A stretch of DNA of 64,000 nt from Candidatus Marinacidobacterales bacterium (GTDB taxonomy: Bacteria > Acidobacteriota > Vicinamibacteria > Marinacidobacterales > DATDRI01): the NCBI GenBank assembly GCA_965226495.1, contig OZ245365.1, positions 320,001 through 384,000 of the forward strand. Reading direction: 5' to 3'. Shown in pieces: positions 37,761-48,477 of this stretch (its first letter is position 1; the number at the start of each line of letters is the position of its first letter). The notes under the pieces were generated by a model, which saw only the letters and a program-made list of their open reading frames with translations, ran no database searches and had not been told where the DNA came from. The position numbers were made by a program, and so were the translations under genes.

Positions 37761-39311
37761 CTATGGGGCGGCGGGTTTTCCCGTATCACCGATGTCTTCG
37801 AGGGTTAGATCCGAGAAGGCACTCACCTCTGCCGCCAGCGAGTCGAAGGTTTCATGTGGATCGGCGGGAAGCTGCACGCCCAGACTCTTACCGAGAGCCG
37901 ATGCAATCTCGAGCTCTGTCCGAGCGGCTTCGATGGGGTCCACCGCCTTGTGAAAACGCTGCACGCGACTGTCTATATTGGTAAAGGTGCCTTCCTTTTC
38001 CGCCCAAACCGCGGACGCCAGCGCGACTCGAGCGGTGCCGCCGTCCTTCCATATGGGTGTGATCGCCACAACGGGAACCGAACGCGGTGCAGATCGCAAC
38101 GAATCGACGAACGCCCTTCCCACCACCAGCAAGGACTTCGCCGAGGCCGCCGCCTCACGAACGGCGGCGGCGGGATCCTGGTCTTGAATGACTTCGTATC
38201 CCATGAGCTCGGCGCCCCGTCGGTTGGGAGCGCGCTCGCCAGTGAAAAGGAGGTGGTCGGGCGGCTCGGAGAGTGGGACCCAGCAAATCGCCCTGGTCTC
38301 GTCGCCCAGTAGCTTGCGAAAGGCCCAAAGCTCCTCGTTGGATGCCTCGGCGGAGACGAGCAAGGCGGGACGCTTGGCGAGTATCGAACCGGCTTCTTCC
38401 ACCGCCCACTCCCAACTCACCGACTCCATCTCCTCGCTTTCCTCGGATCGCACCAAGGGTGAACGCAGGCGGTCGGGGGAGTCCACGAATCGATAGCCGT
38501 AGCGGCCGATGTCACACATCCACCACCGATTGACGTCCTTGTTGTAACGGGGCCGGAGACGAAAGACCCTTTTTCCTCCACCATGATGTGGCCGCGCGGT
38601 TTGCCAATCGACGACGATGTTGCAGCCTCGGCTGCAATGTGGACAAACGGAAGGAGTCGACTGAAGGTACCAAGGGCGGACTTGGAAGCGAAAGTCTTTG
38701 TCGGTCAGCGCTCCCACCGGGCAGATGTCGACAACGCATCCCGAATACAAATTCTCGAGTTTTTTTCCTGGGAAAAGGGTGATCTCGGAACGAAAACCGC
38801 GGTCGGACACGCCGAGCTCGTAGCTACGGCTCACCTCGTTGGTAAAACGCACGCAGCGCGTGCAGAGGATGCATCTTTCGTTGTCCAGCAGAACGGTGGG
38901 TCCTATATCGGCCGCCTTACGTTGCTTGAGTTTGCTCTCCGCGAAGCGCGCCTCCTGGCGCCCATAGGCCATGTAGTAGTTCTGTAGGTCGCACTCGCCG
39001 GCAGCGTCACAGACCGGGCAGTCGAGTGGGTGGGACAACAACAAGAACTCCAGAACTCCCTGGCGGGCTTTCTCCACATCCGGCGTATCGGTCCAGACCA
39101 CCATGCCGTCCGCCGCCGGGGTCGTGCAGGCGGTGGTCAATTTAGGTAGCTTTTCGATCTCGACGGTGCAGATACGACAGTTGCCCTCGATCGACAGTCC
39201 AGGGTGATAGCAGTAGCGTGGGATGCGAACGCCTAGGCGATCGGCAGCTTGAATCACCGTCGTGCCTGGCTCGACGGTAATTTCCTCGCCGTTGATCTTG
39301 AGAGTGGGCAT
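37761..39311 (-). CDS. nuoG: NADH-quinone oxidoreductase subunit G (short form)
   Basis: CYHPGL..GNCRIC, HPLDCPVCDAAGECDLQ, CILCTRCVRF, DICPVGAL, CPHCSRGC. Confidence 0.93.
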   Translation of the reverse strand: MPTLKINGEEITVEPGTTVIQAADRLGVRIPRYCYHPGLSIEGNCRICTVEIEKLPKLTTACTTPAADGMVVWTDTPDVEKARQGVLEFLLLSHPLDCPVCDAAGECDLQNYYMAYGRQEARFAESKLKQRKAADIGPTVLLDNERCILCTRCVRFTNEVSRSYELGVSDRGFRSEITLFPGKKLENLYSGCVVDICPVGALTDKDFRFQVRPWYLQSTPSVCPHCSRGCNIVVDWQTARPHHGGGKRVFRLRPRYNKDVNRWWMCDIGRYGYRFVDSPDRLRSPLVRSEESEEMESVSWEWAVEEAGSILAKRPALLVSAEASNEELWAFRKLLGDETRAICWVPLSEPPDHLLFTGERAPNRRGAELMGYEVIQDQDPAAAVREAAASAKSLLVVGRAFVDSLRSAPRSVPVVAITPIWKDGGTARVALASAVWAEKEGTFTNIDSRVQRFHKAVDPIEAARTELEIASALGKSLGVQLPADPHETFDSLAAEVSAFSDLTLEDIGDTGKPAAP

Positions 39312-39327
39312 GGGCGCGCTCTTTCGG

Positions 39328-40677
39328 TTACCGGTCTAGCTCGCCACCAATCATATTGATGGAGCCGAACGTCGGGACCACGTCAGCAACCGTCTGTCCT
39401 TCAATCATTCCGCTGAGGCCGGACATCAAGTGAAAGCACGGCCCCCGGCAACGCAGGCGGAAGGGCATATCGGTGCCGTCCGAGACTAAATAGAAACCGA
39501 GCTCTCCATTGCCTCCTTCGACGGCCTGATAGACCTCTCCCTTGGGTGGTCGGATGCCGTGGCCGTACATGACCAGCTTGAAGTGTTGCATGAGCCCTTC
39601 GATGTTTCCGTAAGTGTCCTCTTTCGGAGGGAACACGACCGCTCTATCCTGTACCACGACGCCTTGGACGTTCCTCTTCTCGGTGCCTTCGAGGTCTGGG
39701 CTAAGAGGTATGCGTGCGTCTCGGATCGGTTCCAGCTCCGGCTTCAGTTTCATTTCCTCGATAACCTGGGCCGGTGTCATCTCCTGCCCGTCGAGATCCA
39801 CTTGATACGCGCCTTGCGGCATCTGCGCCAAGCACTGTTCGATGAGGCGGAGGCTTTGCTCCATCTCTTCCATGCGAACCAGATAGCGATCGTAGTTGTC
39901 GCCGGTCTCGCCCACCGGAATATCGAAGTTGAGTCGGTCGTAGACCAGGTACGGCTCGGCCTTGCGAACGTCGTAACCGACCCCAGTCGAGCGAAGGCAT
40001 GGACCGGTGAAACCGTGGCTCACGGCGTCCTCGGCCGAAATCACGCCCAATCCACTCAGCCGGTCTACGAAAATGCGGTTTCGGGTAAGAAGACCGTGGA
40101 CCTCTGCGAGGATTTGCCGGACCTCTTTGATCGCGGCGCGCGCCGACTCTTCGAAGCCCTCCGGTAGATCGGACTTCAGCCCGCCGATCCGGACGTAGTT
40201 GGGCATGATACGGGCCCCGGTGACATTCTCGATGAGATCGTAGAGGATCTCTCGCGCCTTGATCATATAGAGAAAGGCGCTGACTGCGCCGAGCTCCATC
40301 GCGCTGGCGCCGACGCTCGTCAGGTGATCGGTGATGCGGGAAACTTCAGACATCAAGACGCGGATGTACTGAGCGCGCACGGTCACTTTCAGGCCGAAGA
40401 GCTTTTCTACCGTTAAGCAGTAGCCCACCTCGTTGATGAGCGGCGAGACGTAGTTGAGCCGGTCGGCATAGGGTACGACTTGAGTGTAGGTTCGGTTTTC
40501 ACAGGTCTTTTCGAATCCTCGATGCAAATAGCCGATCTCCACGTCCGAACCCACAACCGTCTCGCCATCGAGCTCCAATTGGAGCTTGATGATGCCGTGC
40601 ATGGCGGGATGCGCAGGACCCATGTTGAGGAACATGTGGTCCCGCCTCGGCTCTCGGGAGAACGGCTTCAAGTTCAT
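39328..40677 (-). CDS. nuoD: NADH-quinone oxidoreductase subunit D
   Basis: NMGPAHPAMHG, GYLHRGFEK, DRLNY, GGELDR. Confidence 0.95.
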   Translation of the reverse strand: MNLKPFSREPRRDHMFLNMGPAHPAMHGIIKLQLELDGETVVGSDVEIGYLHRGFEKTCENRTYTQVVPYADRLNYVSPLINEVGYCLTVEKLFGLKVTVRAQYIRVLMSEVSRITDHLTSVGASAMELGAVSAFLYMIKAREILYDLIENVTGARIMPNYVRIGGLKSDLPEGFEESARAAIKEVRQILAEVHGLLTRNRIFVDRLSGLGVISAEDAVSHGFTGPCLRSTGVGYDVRKAEPYLVYDRLNFDIPVGETGDNYDRYLVRMEEMEQSLRLIEQCLAQMPQGAYQVDLDGQEMTPAQVIEEMKLKPELEPIRDARIPLSPDLEGTEKRNVQGVVVQDRAVVFPPKEDTYGNIEGLMQHFKLVMYGHGIRPPKGEVYQAVEGGNGELGFYLVSDGTDMPFRLRCRGPCFHLMSGLSGMIEGQTVADVVPTFGSINMIGGELDR

Positions 40678-41246
40678 ACTCCGAAAGACTTGAATCGGGG
40701 TTCGGCCGGATAGCGAATCGGCTCGCTGGACATCGAGTCGGGCTCGTCGACGTCTCGCTCAGTAACCAACGGCTGTCGTTTACGAAGAGGGTAGTCCTTC
40801 CTGAGTGCGTGTCCTTCGAACTCCGAGTAAAGGAGGATGCGCCTCATGTCGGGGTGCCCGCCAAATCGAATGCCGAACATGTCCCACGCTTCCCGTTCTA
40901 GCCAGTTGGCGTTCTTCCAGAGGGAAGTAAGGCTTGCGACTTCCGGTTTTCGGCGCGATACCGATGCCTTCAAGCGGAGACGGTAGTTCCTTTGGATCGA
41001 GTACAAATGTACAACGAGCTCGAATCGCGGCGATTTTTCGAGCGGTGTGAGGTCCACGACCGTCAGATCCGTCAGCATATCGAACGCGAGGTCTTCTTTC
41101 AGACTTCGACACGCCTCGAACCACGCATCGGCGGATACAACCACCGTTAACTCGCCACGTAGGGAGTCTCGTCGAACGAGGCGCGGCCCCAGCTCTTCTG
41201 CGAGTTTGTCGAGGGCCTCGGACAACGCGAGGGGAGGTTGGCTCAT
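40674..41246 (-). CDS. nuoC: NADH-quinone oxidoreductase subunit C
   Basis: ANWLEREAWDMFGIRFGGHPDMRRIL, GHALRKDYPL. Confidence 0.95.
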   Translation of the reverse strand: MSQPPLALSEALDKLAEELGPRLVRRDSLRGELTVVVSADAWFEACRSLKEDLAFDMLTDLTVVDLTPLEKSPRFELVVHLYSIQRNYRLRLKASVSRRKPEVASLTSLWKNANWLEREAWDMFGIRFGGHPDMRRILLYSEFEGHALRKDYPLRKRQPLVTERDVDEPDSMSSEPIRYPAEPRFKSFGV

Positions 41247-41764
41247 GCTGAGTCGGTCGACATTGGAAAATGTTCGTGGCGTTTACGGCTCGTCAGCTCG
41301 TTGTCGGAGTGATGGATCTTTTCTTGAAGCTTCATTAGCCCGTCTAGCACCATCTCGGGACGAGGCGGGCACCCCGGGATGTACATATCCACCGGGATCA
41401 CTCGATCGATGCCCATCAGCGTGCAGTAGTTGTCGTAAAACCCACCGGAGATTGTGCAGACTCCAAACGAAACCACCCACTTAGGCTCGCACATTTGTTC
41501 ATAGACTTTGACGAGCACGGGAGCCATCTTGTGGCTGATGGTTCCTACGACCATCAGCAGATCGGATTGGCGGGGAGAGAACCTGGGAAAGGCGGCCCCG
41601 AAACGGTCCAAATCGTAGTGCGCACTCTGCACCGACATGTACTCCATGCCGCAGCAGGCGGTTACGAAAGGCAGGTTGAACAAGGAGAACTTACGGGCCC
41701 AGCCGACCGCCCGTTCCAGTTTGCCGGTGACAACACTGTTGTCGAGGCCTTCCATCAATCCCAT
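41243..41764 (-). CDS. nuoB: NADH-quinone oxidoreductase subunit B
   Basis: TACCGME, SPRQSDL, PKWVVSFGVC, IPGCPPRPE; start at 41764 or 41755. Confidence 0.95.
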   Translation of the reverse strand: MGLMEGLDNSVVTGKLERAVGWARKFSLFNLPFVTACCGMEYMSVQSAHYDLDRFGAAFPRFSPRQSDLLMVVGTISHKMAPVLVKVYEQMCEPKWVVSFGVCTISGGFYDNYCTLMGIDRVIPVDMYIPGCPPRPEMVLDGLMKLQEKIHHSDNELTSRKRHEHFPMSTDSA

Positions 41765-42138
41765 TCGAGAGCTCCCGACCTCCATTCGTAGGCAAGCCCG
41801 ACCGCAAGAAGGCCTCCAAAGAACAACATCGCCAGGTATCCGGCGACACCAAGCTCATCGAAGGCCGCGGCCCACGCGTAGAAGAAAACGATCTCCACAT
41901 CGAACAAGAGGAAGAGAATCGCCACCCGGTAATACTTGACGGAGAATTGAGATGGAAGTGGTGCCACCTTCTCGGCGCCGCACTCGAATGGATCGTGTTT
42001 CGGCGAATCTGGCGCGATCACTTCTCGGGATCTGGACCTGCCCAGTAGGCGTCCGGCGCCCATCATGCCTCCGGTGACCAGCGCACAGGCGGCGAACATG
42101 AGGGCCAAGGCGGCCCCGGCCGGAAGGTTCTCGACCAT
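41755..42138 (-). CDS. nuoA: NADH-quinone oxidoreductase subunit A
   Basis: PFECG, FLLFDVEIVF, YEWRSGALEW. Confidence 0.95.
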   Translation of the reverse strand: MVENLPAGAALALMFAACALVTGGMMGAGRLLGRSRSREVIAPDSPKHDPFECGAEKVAPLPSQFSVKYYRVAILFLLFDVEIVFFYAWAAAFDELGVAGYLAMLFFGGLLAVGLAYEWRSGALEWD

Positions 42139-42351
42139 CGTGTCTTTTTCCCTTTCTTATTTAGAACAAAGGAATTCTAGTCGTCGGCGGAAGAAGCTGT
42201 CAAACTAGGGAGGCTCTTTGAGACGCGCACTCTTTTTGTTACGATGCTGCTTGGGGGTTCGGTGAACCGGCCCTCCCACTCAGGAAAACTCAGCAGTTTC
42301 TCGAGTCTGCGGATTTTGGGCGGAAGGGCGCCCTCAAAAGAAGACGAGAAG

Positions 42352-43758
42352 ATGAGAATGAGATCGACCAGGCGAAGGCTCACCCCATCATCTATTTATA
42401 CGCTACCCATCGCGTGCGGGATCGTCTTGCTTTCGGGAACCGCGGGCGCCGGCCAGGCGCCAGACGGCGACGTTCTCCAGAGCCGCATCTTTGCGGCTCG
42501 AGATCGTGTGGCCCCGGCTCTCGTCAACGTGCAGCCGATCACCGACGTTTACTCCTCGGGAGAGAGGCGAAGTTCGACCGCTATTGGCAGCGGTTTCATC
42601 TTCGACGATCAGGGGCACGTGGTCACCAACTACCACGTGGCGGGGAAGGCGAAGCGACTCATCATTACACTGAGCGATCGGCAGCGGGTGCCTGGCGTGT
42701 TGGTGGGCGTGGATCCGCTCACCGACATTGCCGTTTTGCGGGTGGACGTGGGCGAGGGTTTCCCGCTTCCCGGCTCCGTTGCGCTGGGCGATTCCGATTT
42801 GCTCGAGGTCGGTCAATATGTGATGGCCTTGGGGAGCCCACTCGCTCTTCAGCGGTCCCTGTCGTTCGGGGTGGTGAGCAGCAAAGACCGCTATCTCTCC
42901 GACGATTTCAAGCTTCCGACCGGTGAGCCCACCGGTTCTTTCAACACGTGGATCCAAACCGACGCCGCGATCAATCCCGGAAACAGCGGGGGTCCGTTGG
43001 TCGATCTTGTCGGCAGAGTGGTGGGCGTCAATGCGAGAGGGGCCTTCGGCGCCTCCAGCATCGGCTTCGCCATACCCATCAATATCGTTAAAGAGGTGGC
43101 GGCGGAGTTGATAGAACACGGCCGAGTTCGGCGGAGCTGGTTGGGGCTCGATTTCCAGCCTCGCGAGGAGCTGGCTCAGTACTTCGAGACGGAGCCCTCC
43201 CCGGGTGTCATTATTCGTAGCGTGGAGCCTGACTCTCCCGCGGCACTTGCCGGAATCCAGGCCGGAGACGTGCTCGTGGCCTACGGAGGCCAACAGATTT
43301 CGGCTCAGTTCCAGGAGGAGTTACCCGCGATCTACAAGCTCATTGCCGACACGCCGGTGGGCGAAGCGGTCGAGCAGTTGATCGAGCGCAATGGTGAGGA
43401 GCTTCGCTTCCAAGTTGTGACCGAGGAGCAGAGTCAGGGAATCTCCGACGAGATGGAGTGTGAGAGTTGGGGGTTCACGGCGCGGGGAATTACGCGAGAG
43501 TTCGCCTTGGAGTTCAACCTACCGGACGACAAAGGGGTCGTCGTAATAGGCGTTAAGCCGAACGGGCCAGCGTTTCGGGCGCAGCTTTTTCCCGGTGACA
43601 GGATTGTCCGAATCGAAGACGAGGACATCGCCGGGCTGGATTCTCTCGGAGCGGTCTACCGGCGTCTCGATAACGAAAAGGTAGACGGTGTCCTATTGAC
43701 CGTCATGCGTCGACATTCGCGTCGCCTCGTTCTCATCGAAGCTTCTTATGCACGCTAA
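42352..43758 (+). CDS. HtrA/DegP-like trypsin serine protease with two PDZ domains
   Basis: Signal peptide; catalytic triad VTNYHV, TDIAVL, INPGNSGGPL. Confidence 0.92.
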   Translation: MRMRSTRRRLTPSSIYTLPIACGIVLLSGTAGAGQAPDGDVLQSRIFAARDRVAPALVNVQPITDVYSSGERRSSTAIGSGFIFDDQGHVVTNYHVAGKAKRLIITLSDRQRVPGVLVGVDPLTDIAVLRVDVGEGFPLPGSVALGDSDLLEVGQYVMALGSPLALQRSLSFGVVSSKDRYLSDDFKLPTGEPTGSFNTWIQTDAAINPGNSGGPLVDLVGRVVGVNARGAFGASSIGFAIPINIVKEVAAELIEHGRVRRSWLGLDFQPREELAQYFETEPSPGVIIRSVEPDSPAALAGIQAGDVLVAYGGQQISAQFQEELPAIYKLIADTPVGEAVEQLIERNGEELRFQVVTEEQSQGISDEMECESWGFTARGITREFALEFNLPDDKGVVVIGVKPNGPAFRAQLFPGDRIVRIEDEDIAGLDSLGAVYRRLDNEKVDGVLLTVMRRHSRRLVLIEASYAR

Positions 43759-45196
43759 GCTCGCAGTTACAATCGGTCTCCTCTACTCCCTTTCGATTCC
43801 CGCGCCGGAGTCGATCTCGGAAAAGCTGTCCCGGCTCGAAGAGCGCTATCAGCAAAGCCTGGTCCAGGTTCGCTATACGCAGCAGGTCATGGTCTCGACC
43901 GGCGAGCCACCTCAAGAGGAGGAGCTGACGACGACCGGGCTTCTGATCTCGGACGACGGCACGGTGATGGTGAGTGGCATGATTTACGAGCCTTTCAACC
44001 AGGTGCCGCATGGAGTCGGTATTCGTTTCCCGACGACCGTGAGCCAGGCGGTCGCCGAAGTTAGCGATGCGCGCATCCGCTTGGTGGATGGCAACGAGTA
44101 TTCGGCGACGCTGCTCGGGCGAGATTCCGAAGCGGACGTCGCCTTCTTTCGCATCGAAGCCGAGGATCGGCGGTTCGAACCCGTCGTGTTCGGAACGCCA
44201 CCCATGGCTTCGGTAGGACAGGAGGTCGTGGTCATCAGTCTCCTGCCAGAGCCTCTCGGACCTGCTTTGGCGGTAGAGCTCACTCGTGTCCAGGCCGTCG
44301 TCTCCAACCCTTCGAAAGGTTTTGTGGTGGCGACCGGCGCTGCCGATCCAGTGGGTTCCCTAGTTTGCGATTTGGATGGAACGCCACTCGGCATGCTCGA
44401 CGCGCTGACCGTGTCCATGCCCGTCGGCAGTATGCGGAACCCGCTGTCGTTCTTGTCTGTGTTGCGAGGTTTACCGAAAGGCGTGGGGCGAGGGTTCGCG
44501 CGACCGGCCGAACAATTTGCGGCGGCTGCCTCCCGGCCGCCCGAAACCACTCGCATGAGGAGAGGTTGGCTGGGGGTAGAAATGCAGGCTCTGACACCGG
44601 AGCTTGCGAGTCATCAGGGCCTGCCGGTCAAGGCGGGCATCGTTCTCGGCTATGTGTACCGTCAGTCACCCGCCGAAGACGCCGGCCTTCAAACAGGAGA
44701 CGTTCTGATCGAGCTGCAGGGGAAGCCCATCGACGTGGACAGAGACGAAAGTCTCGGAGCCTTCTCGGAGAAGCTCCTACGCGCTGGTGTTGGGACGGAG
44801 GTGGCGATTGGCTACCTGCGAGACGGTGAGCGTCGGGAGACGCTAGCCACTCTGGCGCCGGCGCCCAAGACCGCCAGAGAAGCGGAAACCGTGGAAGTGG
44901 ACGAGTTGGATCTGGCGGTGCGCGAGGTGACGTTCGACTATCTGGCTACCCGCAGCCTCGATCCGGACACCGAGGGCGTGGTTGTGAAACAGCCTCCGGT
45001 TTCCGTTCGCACGAATCCACATCGAGTGCGACGGGGAGATCTCTTGGTCAAGCTCGGAGAGCAGAAGATTGCAGACATCGCCTCTTTTCGGCGCGCTGTC
45101 GAGACGATTCGGCAAGACCAGCCCGGAGAAGTGGTCTTGTTCGTCGAGCGCGGGAAGGAGAGCTTCTTCTTTGCCGTCAAGCCAGTTTGGGAATAG
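43748..45196 (+). CDS. HtrA-like protein with a degenerate protease domain and two PDZ domains
   Basis: Signal peptide; TGLLISDDG, LLGRDSEADVAFF, RGWLGV (PDZ entry). Catalytic His and the GNSGG motif are absent. Confidence 0.8.
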   Translation: MHAKLAVTIGLLYSLSIPAPESISEKLSRLEERYQQSLVQVRYTQQVMVSTGEPPQEEELTTTGLLISDDGTVMVSGMIYEPFNQVPHGVGIRFPTTVSQAVAEVSDARIRLVDGNEYSATLLGRDSEADVAFFRIEAEDRRFEPVVFGTPPMASVGQEVVVISLLPEPLGPALAVELTRVQAVVSNPSKGFVVATGAADPVGSLVCDLDGTPLGMLDALTVSMPVGSMRNPLSFLSVLRGLPKGVGRGFARPAEQFAAAASRPPETTRMRRGWLGVEMQALTPELASHQGLPVKAGIVLGYVYRQSPAEDAGLQTGDVLIELQGKPIDVDRDESLGAFSEKLLRAGVGTEVAIGYLRDGERRETLATLAPAPKTAREAETVEVDELDLAVREVTFDYLATRSLDPDTEGVVVKQPPVSVRTNPHRVRRGDLLVKLGEQKIADIASFRRAVETIRQDQPGEVVLFVERGKESFFFAVKPVWE

Positions 45197-45472
45197 CAGG
45201 GTGCTGACAAATTCACGGCCCTGCGCGAGGAGCCATCAGCTGTCCCGCCGCCGCTTGCCGGTGAAGGGAAGGCGGTGGGGGTGGGCCCCGCCGCACTGAT
45301 GAAGGAGCGAGCCCGGCCCGGATGGGCCGATTGCGGGAAGCCGAGCGGAGCCGTCAGATGTCCCGCCGCCGCTTGTCGGCGAAGGGACGAGCCGTGGGGG
45401 TGGGGCCCCGCGGCCGTGATGGAGGAGCGAGGCGCCAAGCGCGCGAACGAGGAGTGAGCGCGCACTGATGCA
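45194..45472. repeat. Compound multi-hairpin intergenic repeat (long version, with two nested ~78-bp modules)
   Basis: Shares three sequence blocks with 54288-54422; internal direct repeats at 45229-45306 and 45347-45426. Confidence 0.85.
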
Positions 45473-45488
45473 GTGGAAGGAAAGGCAC

Positions 45489-48338
45489 ATGGAGCCGGAC
45501 CAGCTGGTCGTCAAAGGAGCCAGGCAGCACAACCTTAAGAACGTTACCGTCGAGATCCCCAAGAAAAAGCTGGTCGTCTTCACCGGTGTGTCGGGGTCGG
45601 GGAAATCCTCCTTAGCCTTCGACACGCTCTACGCCGAGGGGCAGCGGCGCTATGTGGAGTCGCTTTCCAGCTACGCCCGCCAGTTTTTGGGCCAGATGGA
45701 TAAGCCCCTCTACGATACGATTCGCGGTCTTTCGCCGACGATCTCCGTCGATCAGAAATCCTCCGGACACAATCCTCGTTCCACGGTGGGAACGGTCACC
45801 GAAATCTATGACTACCTTCGTGTTTTCTACGCGCGCATCGGGAAGCTTCATTGCCACCGTTGCGGTCGGGCGGTTGCACAGCAATCCTCACAGCAGATAG
45901 TGGACGAGATCCTGGCGCTTAAGCCCGACACCCGATTCCAAATTCTGGCCCCCCTCATTTCGGAACGAAAGGGTGAGCATCGCGAAGTCCTCGAGCAGGT
46001 ACGTCGTAGTGGCTTTACTCGAGTTCGTCTCGACGGAAAATTTCGTTCGCTCGATGAACACATCGAGCTGGATAAGAAAAAAAAGCACACCCTCGAGCTC
46101 GTTGTGGACCGATTGGTAGCCAAGCCCGAGTCCGGGAGCCGCGTCGCCGACTCGGTAGAGACCGCCCTACGCTACGGCGGCGGGGTTCTGGTCGTCGCTT
46201 TCGTAAAGGATTCGGGTACAACCGCCATCGCGGATCGCTTGTTCTCCGAGCACCGTGCCTGCCATTCCTGTGGGTTGAGCTTCCCGGAGCTCTCGCCACA
46301 GCTTTTTTCCTTCAATTCGCCACAGGGTATGTGCCCCGATTGCAACGGACTAGGGACTAAGGCGGAGATAGACCCCGATCTTTTGATACCCGACGACTCT
46401 TTGTCCATCAATCAAGGGGCGCTCAAGCCCTGGGGACCTATCAAGGAGAAGAAAGGTTGGACCGCCAACCTTATGAGGCGAGTCGCTCGCAAACACGAGA
46501 TCGATCTCGATCGTCCGTGGACCAAGCTTCCGAAAGAGCACCGAGAGATCATCCTCTACGGATTGGGAAAGAAAAAGGTGCAGCTCCGTTGGAAAGGTAA
46601 ATCGGGCTCGGGTTCGTTTCAAATGCGTTTCGAAGGGATCGTCAATTCGCTGTTTCGCCGATTGAAAGAAACGCAGTCGGAGGCCGCCCGTAAGTACTAC
46701 GCTCGGTACCTTTCCGACAAGTCGTGTTCGAGCTGTGAAGGCACACGGCTACGACCAGAGGCACGCTCCGTGCGGGTCGTCGGTAAGAGCATCACCGAGG
46801 TCTCGGCAATGACCATCGACGACGCGTATTTGTTCGCTACCACCGCCGAGCTAGAGGGCAGTGACGCGATGATCGGAGCCGAGCTCCTGAAGGAGATCAC
46901 CAATCGTCTCCGTTTCCTGCGCGACGTGGGGTTGAGCTACCTTTCGCTCAACCGTTTGGCTCCATCACTTTCTGGAGGCGAGTCGCAACGAATTCGCTTG
47001 GCCAGCCAAATAGGTTCCGAGCTGACCGGCGTGATCTATATCCTGGACGAGCCGTCCATCGGACTCCACTCGCGCGATAACGCCAAGCTCATTGGAGCGC
47101 TCCGTCATCTAAGGGATATCGGCAATAGCGTCATCGTGGTGGAGCACGATCGGGAGACCATCGAGGCGGCCGATTATTTGATCGACTTCGGCCCGGGGGC
47201 TGGGGTTCGGGGTGGGGAGGTCGTTGCAGCCGGAACTCCCGACGAGGTGCGTCGCAACACCGGCTCCCTCACCGGTCGTTATCTGTCCTGGGAAATTTCG
47301 ATCCCGGTTCCCGAGACCCGACGGCGGCCGGGCCGGCGTTTCGTGGAGGTCAAGGGGGCGCAAGGGAACAACCTTCAGAATATCGACGTCCGCATCCCCC
47401 TGGGGGTGTTGGTTGCGGTGACCGGCGTCTCGGGAGCGGGGAAGAGCACCTTAGTGAACGGTATTCTTTACCCCGCACTGGCACGAGCCCTCCATCGTTC
47501 AGACATCCACGTGGGAGAGCACCGGACGATCCGCGGTCTCGAACATCTGGACAAAGTCATCGATATCGATCAGGCGCCGATCGGTCGCACCCCTCGCTCG
47601 AACCCGGCGACCTACACCAAGGTCTTCGACGAGATCCGCAACTTGTTCGCAACTCTGCCCGAGTCTCGAATGCGAGGATATCTGCCCGGTCGGTTCTCGT
47701 TCAACGTGAAGGGTGGCCGCTGCGAGCAGTGCCAAGGAGATGGGGACATTAAGGTAGAGATGCACTTCCTGGCGGATGTCTACGTGCCGTGTGAGCTCTG
47801 CGGAGGAAGGCGTTTCAACGAGGCGACGCTCCAAGTGCGTTACAAGGGGCTTTCGATCGCCGATGTCCTCGATCTCACTGCCGCCGAAGCGGCCGAGCTC
47901 TTCCAGAATCATCCGTCCATTAACCGTATTCTGGGGACCGTCATCGATGTCGGGCTCGGTTACATCCGGCTCGGACAGAGCTCGCCCACGCTTTCGGGAG
48001 GCGAGGCACAACGCGTCAAGCTTTCCCGCGAGCTTGCCAAGCGATCCACGGGTCGCACTCTCTACATATTGGATGAGCCCACAACCGGCCTCCACTTCGA
48101 CGACATCGCCCGCCTACTACGTGTATTGAATCGCCTAGTCGACGCGGGTAATTCCGTTGTCGTGATCGAGCACAATCTGGATGTGATCAAGACCGCCGAT
48201 TATTTGATCGACCTCGGTCCAGAAGGTGGGGAACGGGGCGGAAGGGTCGTGGCAACGGGAACCCCCGAAGAGGTCGCGCAGGTCTCTACTTCTTATAGCG
48301 GTCAGTTTCTCGCGAAGATTCTGAGAGCGGCTGCTTGA
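45489..48338 (+). CDS. uvrA: Excinuclease ABC subunit A
   Basis: [31 protein letters not shown], second Walker [11 protein letters not shown], Zn fingers. Confidence 0.98.
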   Translation: MEPDQLVVKGARQHNLKNVTVEIPKKKLVVFTGVSGSGKSSLAFDTLYAEGQRRYVESLSSYARQFLGQMDKPLYDTIRGLSPTISVDQKSSGHNPRSTVGTVTEIYDYLRVFYARIGKLHCHRCGRAVAQQSSQQIVDEILALKPDTRFQILAPLISERKGEHREVLEQVRRSGFTRVRLDGKFRSLDEHIELDKKKKHTLELVVDRLVAKPESGSRVADSVETALRYGGGVLVVAFVKDSGTTAIADRLFSEHRACHSCGLSFPELSPQLFSFNSPQGMCPDCNGLGTKAEIDPDLLIPDDSLSINQGALKPWGPIKEKKGWTANLMRRVARKHEIDLDRPWTKLPKEHREIILYGLGKKKVQLRWKGKSGSGSFQMRFEGIVNSLFRRLKETQSEAARKYYARYLSDKSCSSCEGTRLRPEARSVRVVGKSITEVSAMTIDDAYLFATTAELEGSDAMIGAELLKEITNRLRFLRDVGLSYLSLNRLAPSLSGGESQRIRLASQIGSELTGVIYILDEPSIGLHSRDNAKLIGALRHLRDIGNSVIVVEHDRETIEAADYLIDFGPGAGVRGGEVVAAGTPDEVRRNTGSLTGRYLSWEISIPVPETRRRPGRRFVEVKGAQGNNLQNIDVRIPLGVLVAVTGVSGAGKSTLVNGILYPALARALHRSDIHVGEHRTIRGLEHLDKVIDIDQAPIGRTPRSNPATYTKVFDEIRNLFATLPESRMRGYLPGRFSFNVKGGRCEQCQGDGDIKVEMHFLADVYVPCELCGGRRFNEATLQVRYKGLSIADVLDLTAAEAAELFQNHPSINRILGTVIDVGLGYIRLGQSSPTLSGGEAQRVKLSRELAKRSTGRTLYILDEPTTGLHFDDIARLLRVLNRLVDAGNSVVVIEHNLDVIKTADYLIDLGPEGGERGGRVVATGTPEEVAQVSTSYSGQFLAKILRAAA

Positions 48339-48343
48339 TATTT

Positions 48344-48380
48344 CCCCTCACCCGATCCCTCTCCCCAAAGGGGAGAGGGA
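48344..48380. repeat. REP-like palindrome (CCCTCACCC..CCCTCTCCC-GGGAGAGGG) right after the uvrA stop
   Basis: Reverse-orientation relative of the 7033-7164 units. Confidence 0.75.
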
Positions 48381-48477
48381 TAGCAGGTTTGACGGTCTTC
48401 TAAGTCTACGAAAGGACGTCAATCCAATTAATTTGACCGACTCCTCCGGAGTTGAGAGAATCCGAGCGAGGTAACGA

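Noticed and set aside
45229-45426. Possible CRISPR mini-array (two repeats with one spacer)
   Set aside because: The repeats are ~78 bp and diverged, and the spacer is part of the element also found at 54288-54422.
45440-45490. LexA/SOS box upstream of uvrA
   Set aside because: No recognisable SOS palindrome; the region is occupied by the repeat element.
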